Part shown: one piece after another, positions 28,501-40,500 of the stretch
Position numbering within the stretch: position 1 is the stretch's first letter
How the letters are laid out: every line of letters begins with the position of its first letter
Origin: Felis catus
Taxonomy: Eukaryota
Reading direction: 5' to 3'
Length of the DNA: 64,000 nt
Assembly (NCBI RefSeq): GCF_018350175.1
Contig: NC_058383.1
Span: 24,182,001-24,246,000 of the forward strand
Notes under the pieces: generated by a model
Told to the model about the DNA's origin: nothing
What the model saw: the letters and a program-made list of their open reading frames with translations, nothing else
Database searches by the model: none
Program-made: the position numbers and the translations under genes

Positions 28501-31500
28501 CAACCCAAGTATCCATCCATTGATGAACAGATCAAGAAGATGTGGTAAATATATACAATGGAATATAACTTAGCCATAAAAAAAGGCTAAACAAAGCTAG
28601 AGAGGGAAGGAACCAAACCAGAAGAGACTCTTAAAAAGTGAGGATAAACTGAGGGTTGATGGGGAAGGGGAAAGTGGGTGATGGGCACTGAGGAGGGCAC
28701 CTGTTGGGATGAGCACTGGGTGTTGTATGGAAACCAATTTGACAATAAATCTCATTAAAAAAGTGAAATCTTGCTATTTTTGACAACATGGATAGACCTA
28801 GAGAGTGTCATGGTAAATGAAATAAATCAAAGACAGTACCAAATAATTTCCCTTGCATGTAGAATCTACAAAACAAAACAAAGAGACAAAACAAAACCAA
28901 GAGAGACTCATAAATATAAGAAAGAAACTGTCAGGGGGCGCCTGGGTGGCTCAGTCGATTGAGCTTCTGACTTGGGCTCAGGTCATGATCTCGCAGTGAG
29001 TTCGAGCCCCAAGTCAGGCTCTGTGCTGACAGCTCAGAGCCTGGAGCCTGCTTCGGAATCTGTGTCCCTCTCTTTGCCCCTCCCTCACTCATGCTCTGTC
29101 TCTCTCTGTCTCAGAAATAAATAAATATTTGGGGATTCTAGGGAAGATAGTGGCGTAGGAGGACGCTGGGCTCACCACGCATCCTGCTGATCACTTAGAT
29201 TCCACCTACACCTGCCTAAATAACCCAACCACCACCAGAAGACTAGCAGAATGGAGTCTCTGGAGCCAAGTGTAGACGAGAGGCCCACGGAAGAGGGTAG
29301 GAAGGGTGGAGAGGCGATGGCGCTGTACGGACTGGCGGGAGGGAGCCGGAGTGGAGGGGCGGTCCACCGGCCAAGCAGAGCCCCTGAGTCTGGATTGCAA
29401 AAGTGGAGGGGCCAGACGGAGTGTGTTCCAACAGCAAGCGGGATTTACTATCTGGGAGGTCATAAGTTAACAGCTCTGCTGGGAAAGTGGGAAGGCTGGA
29501 GGACAACGGGAGGGAGAGTTGCTGAGCCCCGGGACAACAGAGCTCAGTTTGGCGAGGAGCAAAGGCACTCGCCGGCGCCATCTCCCTCGCCCATCCCCAG
29601 CCAAAATCCCAAAGGGAACCAGTTCCTGCCAGAGAAATTCCTTGCACCCCGCAAACACCCAGCCCTATGCTTCTGCAGAGCCACCCCTCCTGCAGCCGGT
29701 CTGACTCCCTCCCGCTGCCACAGGGCCCCTCCTGAAGTGGATCACCTAAGGAGAAGCGAGCTAAGCCTGCCCCTCCTGCCCCTGTGCACCTGGCCTACCC
29801 ACCCCAGCTAATACGCCAGATCCCCAGCACCACAAGCCTGGCAGTGTGCAAGTAGCCCAGACAGGCCACGCCACCCCACAGTGAATCCCGCCCCTAGGAG
29901 AGGGGAAGAGAAGGCACACACCAGTCTGACTGTGGCCCCAGCGGTGGGCTGGGGGCAGACATCAGGTCTGACTGCGATCCTGCCCACCAACTCCAGTTAT
30001 ACACCACAGAACAGGGGAAGTGCCCTGCAGGTCCCCACCACTCCAGGGACTATCCAAAATGACCAAACGATAGAATTCACCTCAAAAGAATCTCCAGGAA
30101 ATAACAAGAGCTAATGAACTGATCAAAAAGGATTTAAATAATATAACAGAAAGTGAATTTAGAATAATAGTCATAAAATTAATCGCTGGGCTTGAAAACA
30201 GTATAGAGGACAACAGAGAATCTCTTGCTACAGAGGTCAAGGGACTAAGGAACAGTCAGGAGGGGCTGAAAAACGCTTTAAACGAGATGCAAAAAAAAAT
30301 GGAAATGACCACAGCTCGGATTGAAGAGGCAGAGGAGAGAATAGGTGAACTAGAAGATAAAATTATGGAAAAAGAGGAAGCTGAGAAAAAGAGAGATAAA
30401 AAAATCCAGGAGTATGAGGGGAAAATTAGAGAACTAAGTGATGCACTAAAAAGAAATAATACACGCATAATTGGTATCCCAGAGGAGGAAGAGAGAGGGA
30501 AAGGTGCTGAAGGTGTACTAGAAGAAATAATAGCTGAGAACTTCCCTGAACTGGCGAAGGAAAAAGGCATTGAAATCCAAGAGGCACAGAGAACTCCCTT
30601 CAGACGTAACTTCAATCGATCTTCTGCACGACATATCATAGTGAAACTGGCAAAATACAAGGATAAAGAGAAAATTCTGAAAGCAGCAAGGGATAAACGT
30701 GCCCTGACATATACAGGGACCCTATAAGACTCGTGACCAATCTCTCTTCCGAAACTTGGCAGGCCAGAAGGATTGGCAGAACTTCAATGTGATGAGCAGA
30801 AAAAATATGCAGCCGAGAATCCTTTATACAGCAAGTCTGTCACTTAGAATAGAAGGAGAGATAAAGGTCTTCCCAAACAAACAAAAACTGAAGGAATTCG
30901 TCACCACTAAACCAACCCTACAAGAGATCCTAAGGGGGATCCTGTGAGACAAGGTACCAGAAACATCGCTACAAGCATAAGACATACAGATATCACAATG
31001 ACTCTAAACCCGTCTCTTTCTATAATAACACTGAATGTAAATGGACTAAATGCGCCAACCAAAAGACATAGGGTATCAGAATGGATAAAAAAAAACAAGA
31101 CCCATCTATTTGCTGTCTACAAGAGATTCATTTTAGACCTGAGGACGCCTTCGGATTGAAAGTGAGGGGATGGAGAACTATTTATCTGCTACTGGAAGCC
31201 AAAACAAAGCTGGAGTATCCATACTTATATCAGACAAACTAGACTTTAAATTAAAGGCTGTAACAAGAGATGAAGAAGGGCATTATATAATTATTACAGG
31301 GTCTATCCATCAGGAAGAGCTAACAATTAAAAATGTCTATGCACCGAATACGGGAGCCCCCAAATATATAAAACAAATACTCATAAACATAAGCAACCTT
31401 ATTGATAAGAATGTGGTAACCGCAGGGGACTTTAACACTCCACTTACAGAAATGGATAGATCATCTAGACACACGGTCAATAAAGAACAAGGGCCCTGAA

Positions 31501-34500
31501 TGATACACTGTATCAGATGGACCTGACACATATATTTGGAACTCTGCATCCCAAAGCAACAGAAATATACTTTCTTCTCGAGTGCACATGGGACATTCTC
31601 CAAGATAGATCACATACTGGGTCACAAAACAGCCCTTCATAAGTATACAAGAATTGAAATTATACCATGCATACTTTCAGACCACAAAACGATGAAGCTT
31701 GAAATCAACCACAGGAAAAAGTCTGGAAAACCTCCAAAAGCATGGAGGTTAAAGAACACCCTACTAAAGAATGAGTGGGTCAACCAGGCAATTAGAGAAG
31801 ACATTAAAAAATATATGGAAACAAAAGAAAATGAAAATAAAACAATCCAAATGCTTTGGGATGCAGCAAAGGCAGTCCTGAGAGGAAAATACATTGCAAT
31901 CCAGGCCTATCTCAAGAAACAAGAAAAATCCCAAATACAAAATCTAACAGCACACCTAAAGGAAATAGAAGCAGAACAGCAAAGATACCCCAAACCCAGC
32001 AGAAGAAGAGAAATAATAAAGATCAGAGCAGAAATAAACAATATAGAATCTAAAAAACTGTAGAGCAGATCAATGAAACCAAGAGTTGGTTTATGAAAAA
32101 ATAAACGAAATTGACAAACCTCGATCCAGGCTTCTCAAAAAGAAAAGGGAGATGACCCAAATAGATAAAATCAGGAATGAAAATGGAATTATTGCAACCA
32201 ATCCCTCATAGATACAAGCAATTATCAGGGAATACTAGGAAAAATTATATGCCAACAAATTGGACAACCTGGAAGAAATGGACAAATTCCTAAACACCCA
32301 CACGCTTCCCAAACTCAATCAGGAGGAAATACAAAGCTTGAATAGACCCATAACCAGCGAAGAAATTGAATCGGTTATCAAAAATCTCCCAACAAATAAG
32401 AGTCCAGGACCAGGTGGCTTCCCAGGGGAGTTCTACCAGACATTTGAAGCAGAGATAATACCTATCCTTCTCAAGCTGTTCCAAGAAATAGAAAGGGAAG
32501 GAAAATTTCCAGACTCATTCTATGAAGCCAGTATTACTTTGGTTCCTAAACCAGACAGAGACCCAGTAAAAAAAGAGAACTACAGGCCAAAATCCCTGAT
32601 GAATATGGATGCAAAAATTCTCAATAAGATACTAGCAAATCGAATTCAACAGCATATAAAAAGAATTATTCACCATGATCAAGTGGGATTCATTCCTGGG
32701 ATGCAGGGCTGGTTCAACATTCACAAATCAATCAACGTGATACATCACATTAATAAAAGAAAAGATAAAGAACCATATGATCCTGTCAATCGATGCAGAA
32801 AGGCCTTTGACAAAATTCAGCACCCTTTCTTAATAAAAACCCTTGAGAAAGTCGGGATAGAAGGAACATACTTAAAGATCATAAAAGCCATTTATGAAAA
32901 GCCCACAGCTAACATCATCGTCAATGGGGAAAAACTGAGAGCTTTTCCCTGAGATCAGGAACACGACAGGGATGCCCACTCTCACCACTGTTGTTTAACA
33001 TACTGTTGGAAGTTCTAGCATCAGCAATCAGACAACAAAAGGAAATCAAAGCATCAAAATTGGCAAAGATGAAGTCAAGCTTTCACTTTCTGCAAATGAC
33101 ATGATACTATACATGGAAAACCCGATAGACTCCACCAAAACTCTGATAGAACTGATACATGAATTCAGCAAAGTTGCAGGATACAAAATCAAGGTACAGA
33201 AATCAGTTGCATTCTCATACACTAACAATGAAGCAACAGAAAGACAAATAAAGGAACTTATCCCATTCACAATTGCACCAAGAAGCATAAAATACCTAGG
33301 AATAAACCTAACCAAAGATGTAACAGATCTGTATGCTGAAAACTATAGAAAGCTTATGAAGGTAATTGAAGAAGATATAAAGAAATGGAAAGACATTCCC
33401 TGCTCATGGATTGGAAGAACAAATATTGTCAAAATGTCAATACTACCCAAAGCTATCTACACATTCAATGCAATCCCAATCCAAATTGCACCAGCATTCT
33501 TCTCGAAACTAGAACAAGCAATCCTAAAATTCATATGAAACCACAAAAGGCCCCAAATAGCCAAAGTAATTTTGAAGAAGACCAAAGCAGGAGGCATCAC
33601 AATCCCAAACTTTAGCCTCTACTACAAAGCTGTCATCATCAAGACAGCATGGTATGGGCACAAAAACAGACACATAGACCAATGGAATAGAATAGAAACC
33701 CCAGAACTAGACCCACAAAAGTATGGCCAACTCATCTTTGACAAAGCAGGAAAGAACATCCAATGGAAAAAAGACAGTCTCTTTAACAAATGGTGCTGCG
33801 AGAACTGGACAGCAACATGCAGAAGGTTGAAACTAGACCACTTTCTCACACCATTCACAAAAATAAACTCAAAATGGATTAAGGACCTGAATGTGAGACA
33901 GAAAACCATCAAAACCCTAGAGGAGAAAGCAGGAAAAGACCTCTCTGACCTCAGCCATAGCAATCTCTTACTCGACACATCCCCAAAGGCAAGGCAATTA
34001 AAAGCAAAAATGAACTACTGGGACCTTATGAAGATAAAAGGCTTCTGCACAGCAAAGGAAACAACCAACAAAACTAAAAGGCAACCAATGGAATGGGAAA
34101 AGCTATTTGCAAATGACATATCGGACAAAGGGCTAGTATCCAAAATCTATAAAGAGCTCACCAAACTCCACACCCAAAAAACAAATAACCCAGTGAAGAA
34201 ATGGGCAGAAAACATGAATAGACACTTCTCTAAAGAAGACATCCGGATGGCCAACAGGCACATGAAAAGATGCTCAACGTCGCTCCTTATCAGGGAAATA
34301 CAAATCAAAACCACACTCAGATATCACCTCACGCCAGTCAGAGTGGCCAAGATGAACAAATCAGGAGACTATAGATGCTGGAGAGGATGTGGAGAAACGG
34401 GAACCCTCTTGCACTGTTGGTGGGAGTGCAAATTGGTGCAGCCACTCTGGAAAACAGTGCAGAGGTTCCTCAGAAAATTAACTATGACCCAGCAATAGCA

Positions 34501-37500
34501 GTGCTAGGAATTTACCCAAGGGATACAGGAGTACTGATGCATAGGGGCACTTGTACCCCAATGTTGATAGCAGCACTCTCAACAATAGCCAAATTATGGA
34601 AAGAGCCTAAATGTCCATCAACTGATGAACGGATAAAGAAATTGTGGTTTATATACACAATGGAGTACTACGTGGCAATGAGAAAGAACGAAATATGGCC
34701 CTTTGTAGCAACGTGGATGGAACTGGAGAGTGTGATGCTAAGTGAAATGAGCCATACAGAGAAAGACAGATACCATATGGTTTCACTCTTATGTGGATCC
34801 TGAGAAACTTAACAGGAACCCATGGGGGAGGGGAAGGAGAAAAAAAAAAAAAAGAGGTTAGAGTGGGAGAGAGCCAAAGCATAAGAGACTGTTAAAAACT
34901 GAGAACAAACTGAGGGTTGATGGGGGGTGGAAGGGAGGAGAGAGTGGGTGATGGGTATTGAGGAGGGCACCTTTTGGGATGAGTACTGGGTGTTGTATGG
35001 AAACCAATTTGTCAATAAATTTCATAAAAAAAAAAAAAAGAAACTGTCAGTTACCAGAAGCAGAAGGGGTTGGAGGCCAAGCAAATAGGTGAAGGGGATT
35101 AAGAGGAATAAACTTCTGGTTACCAAATAAATAGGTAATGAAGATATAATACACAGCATAGAGAATACATTCAATAATATTATAATAACTTTGTATGATT
35201 ACAGATGGTAACTAGACTTATGGGGATCATTTTGTCATGTATAAAAATACTGAATCCCTATGATGTAAACCTGAAAATAATATGACACTGTATGTCAACT
35301 CTACTTCCATATTAACAATATGTAAACTATGACCATTACTTCAAAAAGCTCACTGTAGAGTTCCAAATAAAAGGACAAAGGAAATAGAAGTTTTGGGGTG
35401 ATAGACAAAAAACTAGGGAAATTATACTATAATATTATGAAGAAATCAATATCCATGAAGATTATGTTTGAAGAATATTAACATATCAATATCCAAAGAA
35501 TAATCAAAGGGAAAGAGACCATATATTTTTTTCAGGAAAACTGAAGAGCCACAGCACCGCAGGGATCCTTTGACCATGATGGCTATGCGGTCACCCAAGA
35601 TGTCAGCTTCATCCATGTAGTGGGTGGTCAATAAGATGGTATGATCCTCTTTATACTGCTGAAGGACATCCCAGGTGGCCCTCCTTGAGACTGGGTCCAT
35701 TCCAGATGTTGGCTCATCAAGTATCACAACCTAAAGCCAGAAGAACAATTCCATAACCATTAAATACTATGTACTAGTGTCACTAGGGTCTTACCAGTTA
35801 TGGGGTTTATTCTGGTTTTGCTTTTTCAGTCACTTGTCCAATTAAGCTAAGATAACAAGTTTAGACTAAAACTGAATTACAAATGCTAGGATAATTCCAA
35901 ACCTGAGACAGTTTGGTTACAAGGTTGACAGTATGAATTCCATATGGGATTTCATATGTAAAGTTCCTTTAACAGTCTTAGATCTATATCAGCTCTCAGG
36001 TTTCTGTTGGCTAATTTTTTTAGACCAGCTTCAGTGTGGATCCATTTTTTGTTTATGTGTGTTTTTTGTCATTGTTGTTGTTGTTTTTACCTGGGAGCCC
36101 CCTATAAGTGCTATGATCACAGAGAGTCTGCGCTTCATTCCTCCACTCAGTGAAAATGAAAATGCATTATGCTTATCTAGCAGGTTAAAAGTAGACAACA
36201 TATGATCAATTTCCACAAGACGTGTCTTTCGAGGTATTCCTTTTACCTAGAAAGAGAAGCGAGACTTTACATGGTACTTCCAACTTTATCCTTAGAAACA
36301 CCTTACACAAGCTGTTCTCTTATATCATCTGTATAGTGTCTTTTTCCCTTTGTCTGACTTTATGTTTAAAGGAGAATTCATCAAAAATAAGTTTTTGAAC
36401 TTTCTAAGAATAAGGATATGGATAATTGGTAATGTGCCTGAAGTACACCAATAGAATGGGAAAAAGGAACATATTTTTGGTTTACCAAACAATAAAAATA
36501 AAGGTGTTCTGAGACGGTCAAGTAATCAAACAACAAGTTCTGTTGGGGACACAAGCCCAAGCTTTTCCTGATCTGGACTATCTGCTTTGAGGTGTCATAT
36601 CCGTTAACATAGGCCTTTCCACTGGTAGCAGGATAGAGACCTAGGATCAAGTAGAAGACATAACAAAACCTTAGCTTTCATGAGGGACATAACAAACTGT
36701 TCTTTAATACCTTAAATTTGAAATCTACATATGGAGATTGGAAGATGGTGGCACAGGAGGACACTGGGTTCACCAAGTCCTGCTAATCGCTTAGACTGCT
36801 TAGACCATATCTGCCTAAATAACCCAGAAAAGCATCAGAAGACTAGCAGAATGGATTCTCTGGAGCCAAGCATAGATAAGAGAGGTCCACAGAAGAGGGT
36901 AGGAAGGGCGGAGAGGCAGTGCATGCTACCTGGACTGGAGGGAGGGAGCCGGGGTGGTGGGGCAGCCCTCCTGGCAAGGCAGAGCCCCTGAAGTCTGGCT
37001 TGCATAAGCGGAGGGGTCGGACTGCGTGAGTTCTGACAGCCAGTGGGACTTAACATCTGGACTATTGTAAGTCAACAGCTCTGCTCTCAGAGAGCAGGGA
37101 GGGTGAGAGGGCACTGGGAGGGAGAGTTGCTGAGCCCCAGAAGAAAAAGCTCAGCTCAGCGGGGAACAAAAGCAATGGCCAGTGCCATATTCCTTTCCCA
37201 TTCCCCAGCCAAAATCCCAAAGGGAACCAGTTCCCATCACCGAACTTGCTTGCATCGTGCAAACAACCAATGCTGTGCTTCTGTGGCTCCATCCCTCAAA
37301 TGGGTCAGCCTCCCTCCCAGTGCTGCAGGGCCCATGCCGCAGGAGACCACCGATTGCAAAGCAAGCTAAGCCTTCCCCTCCCACCCCTGTGCATCTTGCG
37401 GGCCACCCCTGCTAATACACCAGATCCCATCAAAGCAGCACCACAAGCCTGGTGGTGTGCAAGTAGCCCAGACAGGGGCCACACCACTACACAGTGAGTC

Positions 37501-40500
37501 CCGCCCCTCAGAGAGGGGAAGATAAGGTACACATCAGTCTGACTGTGGCCCCAGTGGTGGGCTGGGGACAGACATCAGGTCTGACTGTGGCCCCTCCCAC
37601 CAACACAAGTTACTCCAGACAGCATAGGGAAAGTGCCCTGCAGGTCCGTGCCACCCAGGACTATCCAAAATGATGAACGGAAGAACTTTCCTCAAAAGAA
37701 ACTCCAGGAAGTAGTGACAGCTAACTAACTGATCAAAAACGATTTAAGCAATATAATGGAACAAGAATTTAGAATAATAGTCATAAAATTAATTGCTGGG
37801 CTTGAAAAGTATAGAGGACACCAGAGAATCTATTGCTACAGGGATCAAGGAACTAAGAAATATTCAGGAGGAGCTAAAAAATGCTATAAATGAGGTGCAA
37901 AATAAAATGGAGGCAACCACAGCTCAGATTGAAGAGGCAGAGGAGAGAATAGGTGAATTAGAAGATAAAATTATGGAAAAAGAGGAAGCTGAGAAAAAGA
38001 GATATAAAAAAAAAATCCAGGAGTAGGAGGGGAGAATTAGAGAACTAAGTGATGCAATCAAATGCAATGACATATGCATAATTGGGATTCCAGGGGAGGA
38101 AGAGAGAGGAAAAGGTGATGAAGGTGTACTTGAAGAAATCATAGCTGAGAACTTCCCTGATCTGGGGAAGGAAAAAGGCACTGAAATCCCAGAGGCACAG
38201 AGAACTCCCTTCAGATGTAACTTGGACCAATCTTCCGCACGACATATCATAGTGAAACTGGCAAAATACAAGGATAAATAGAGAATTCTGAAAGCAGGTA
38301 GGGAGAAACAGGCCCTAAAATATAAAAGGAGACTGATAAGAATAGTGACAGACCTATCTACTGAAACGTGGCAGGCCAGAAAGGAATGGCAGGAAATCTT
38401 CATTGTGATGAACAGGAAAAATATGCAGCCAAGAATCCTTTACCCAGCAAGTCTGTCATTCAGAATAGAAGGAGACATAAAGGTCTTCCCAAACAAACAA
38501 AAACTGAAGGAACTCATCATCACTAAACCAGCCCTACAGGACATCCTAAGGGGGATTCTGTGAGTGAAATGTTGCAAGGACCACAAAGTACCAGAGACAT
38601 CACTACAAGCATGAAACCTGCAGACATCACAATGACTCTAAACCCATATATTTCAGTAATAACACTGAATGTAAATGGACTAAATGCTCCAACCAAAAGA
38701 CATAGGGTATCAGAATGGATAAAAAAGAAGACCCATCTATTTGCTGTCTACAAGAGACTCATTTTAGACCTGAGGACGCCTTCGGATTGAAAGTGTGGGG
38801 ATGGAGAATCATCTATAATGCTACTGGAAGTCAAAAGAGCTGGAGTAGCCATACTTACACCAGACAAACTAGACTTTAAATTAAAGGCTGTAACAAGAGA
38901 TGAAGAAGGGCATTATATAATAATTACACAGTCTATCCATCAGGAAGAGCTAACAATTATAAATGTCTATGCACTGAATATGGAAGCCCCCAAATATATA
39001 AAACAATTCATCACAAACACAAACAACATTATTGATAAAAATGTGGTAATTGCAGGGGACTTTAATATTCCACTTAGAGCAAGAGACAGATCATCTAGAC
39101 ACAGGATCAATAAAGAAACAAGGGCCCTGAATGATACATTGGATCAGACGGACTTGACACATATATTTAGAACTCTGCATCCCAAAACAACAGAATATAC
39201 TTTCTTCTCGAGTGCACATGGGACATTCTCCAAGATAGATCACATACTGGGTCACAAAACAGCACTTCATAAGTATAAAAGACTTGACATCATACTATGC
39301 ACACTTTCAGACCACAATGCTATGAAACTTCAAGTCAACCACAGGAAAAAGTCTGGAAAACCTCCAAAAGTATACAGGTTAAAGAACACCCTACTAAAGA
39401 ATGAGTGGGTCAACCAGGCAATTAGAGAAGACATTAAAAAATATATGCAAACAAATGAAAATGAAAATACAACAATCCAAATGCTTTGGGATGCAGCAAA
39501 GGCAGTCCTGAGAGGAAAAGACATTGCAATCCAGGCCTATCTCAAGAAACAAGAAAAATCCCAAATACAAAATCTAAAGCACACCTAAAGGAAATAGAAG
39601 CAGAACAGCAAAGATACCCCAAACCCAGCACAAGAAGAGAAATAATAAAGATCAGAGAAGAAATAGAGAATATAGAATCTAAAAAAAACCTGTAGAGCAA
39701 ATCAATGAAACCAAGAGTTGTTTTTTTGAAAAAATAAACAAAATTGATAAACCTCTAGGCTGGTTTCTCAAAAAGAAAAGGGAGATGACCCAAATAGATA
39801 ATATCATGAATGAAAATGGAATTATTACAACCAATCCCTCAGAGATACAAGCAATTATCAGGGAATACTAGGAAAAATTATATGCCAACAAATTGGACAA
39901 CCTGGAAGAAATGAACAAATTCCTAAGCACCCACACACTTCCAAAACTCAAACAGGAAGAAATACAAAACTTGAACAGACCCACAACCAGCGAAGAAATG
40001 GAATCAGTCATCAAAAATCTCCCAACAAAAAAGAGCACAGGACAAGACGGCTTCCCAGGGGAATTCTACCAGCTATCTAGCAGAGATAATACCTATCGTT
40101 TTCAAGTTTTTCCAAAAAATAGAAAGGGAGGGAAAACTTCCAGACTCATTCTATGAAGCCAGCATTTACTTTGATTCCTAAACCAGACAGACCTAGCAAG
40201 AAAAGAGAACTACAGGCCAATATCCCTGATGATTCTGGATGCAAAAATTCTGAATAAGACACTAGCAAATCAAATTCAACAACATATAAAAAGAATTATT
40301 CACCATGATCAAGTGGGATTCACTCCTGGGCTGCAGGGCTCATTCAATGTGATACATCACATCAATAAAAGAAAAGATAAAGAACCATATGATCCTGTCA
40401 ATTGATGCAGAAAACGCATTTAAAAAAATTCAGCATCCTTTAATAAAAACCCTCGAGAAAGTCGGGATAGAAGGAACATACTTAAAGATCATAAAAGCCA

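Larger units (their letters stand above)
18960..35330 (+). mobile_element. Old host LINE-1 remnants (about 18960-19170, 25992-28934, 35037-35330) split by younger insertions
   Basis: Decayed ORF1 resumes across the 19171-25991 insertion; ORF2 jumps from EN start to the C-terminal region near 27562; the 3'UTR resumes across 28935-35036. Confidence 0.7.
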
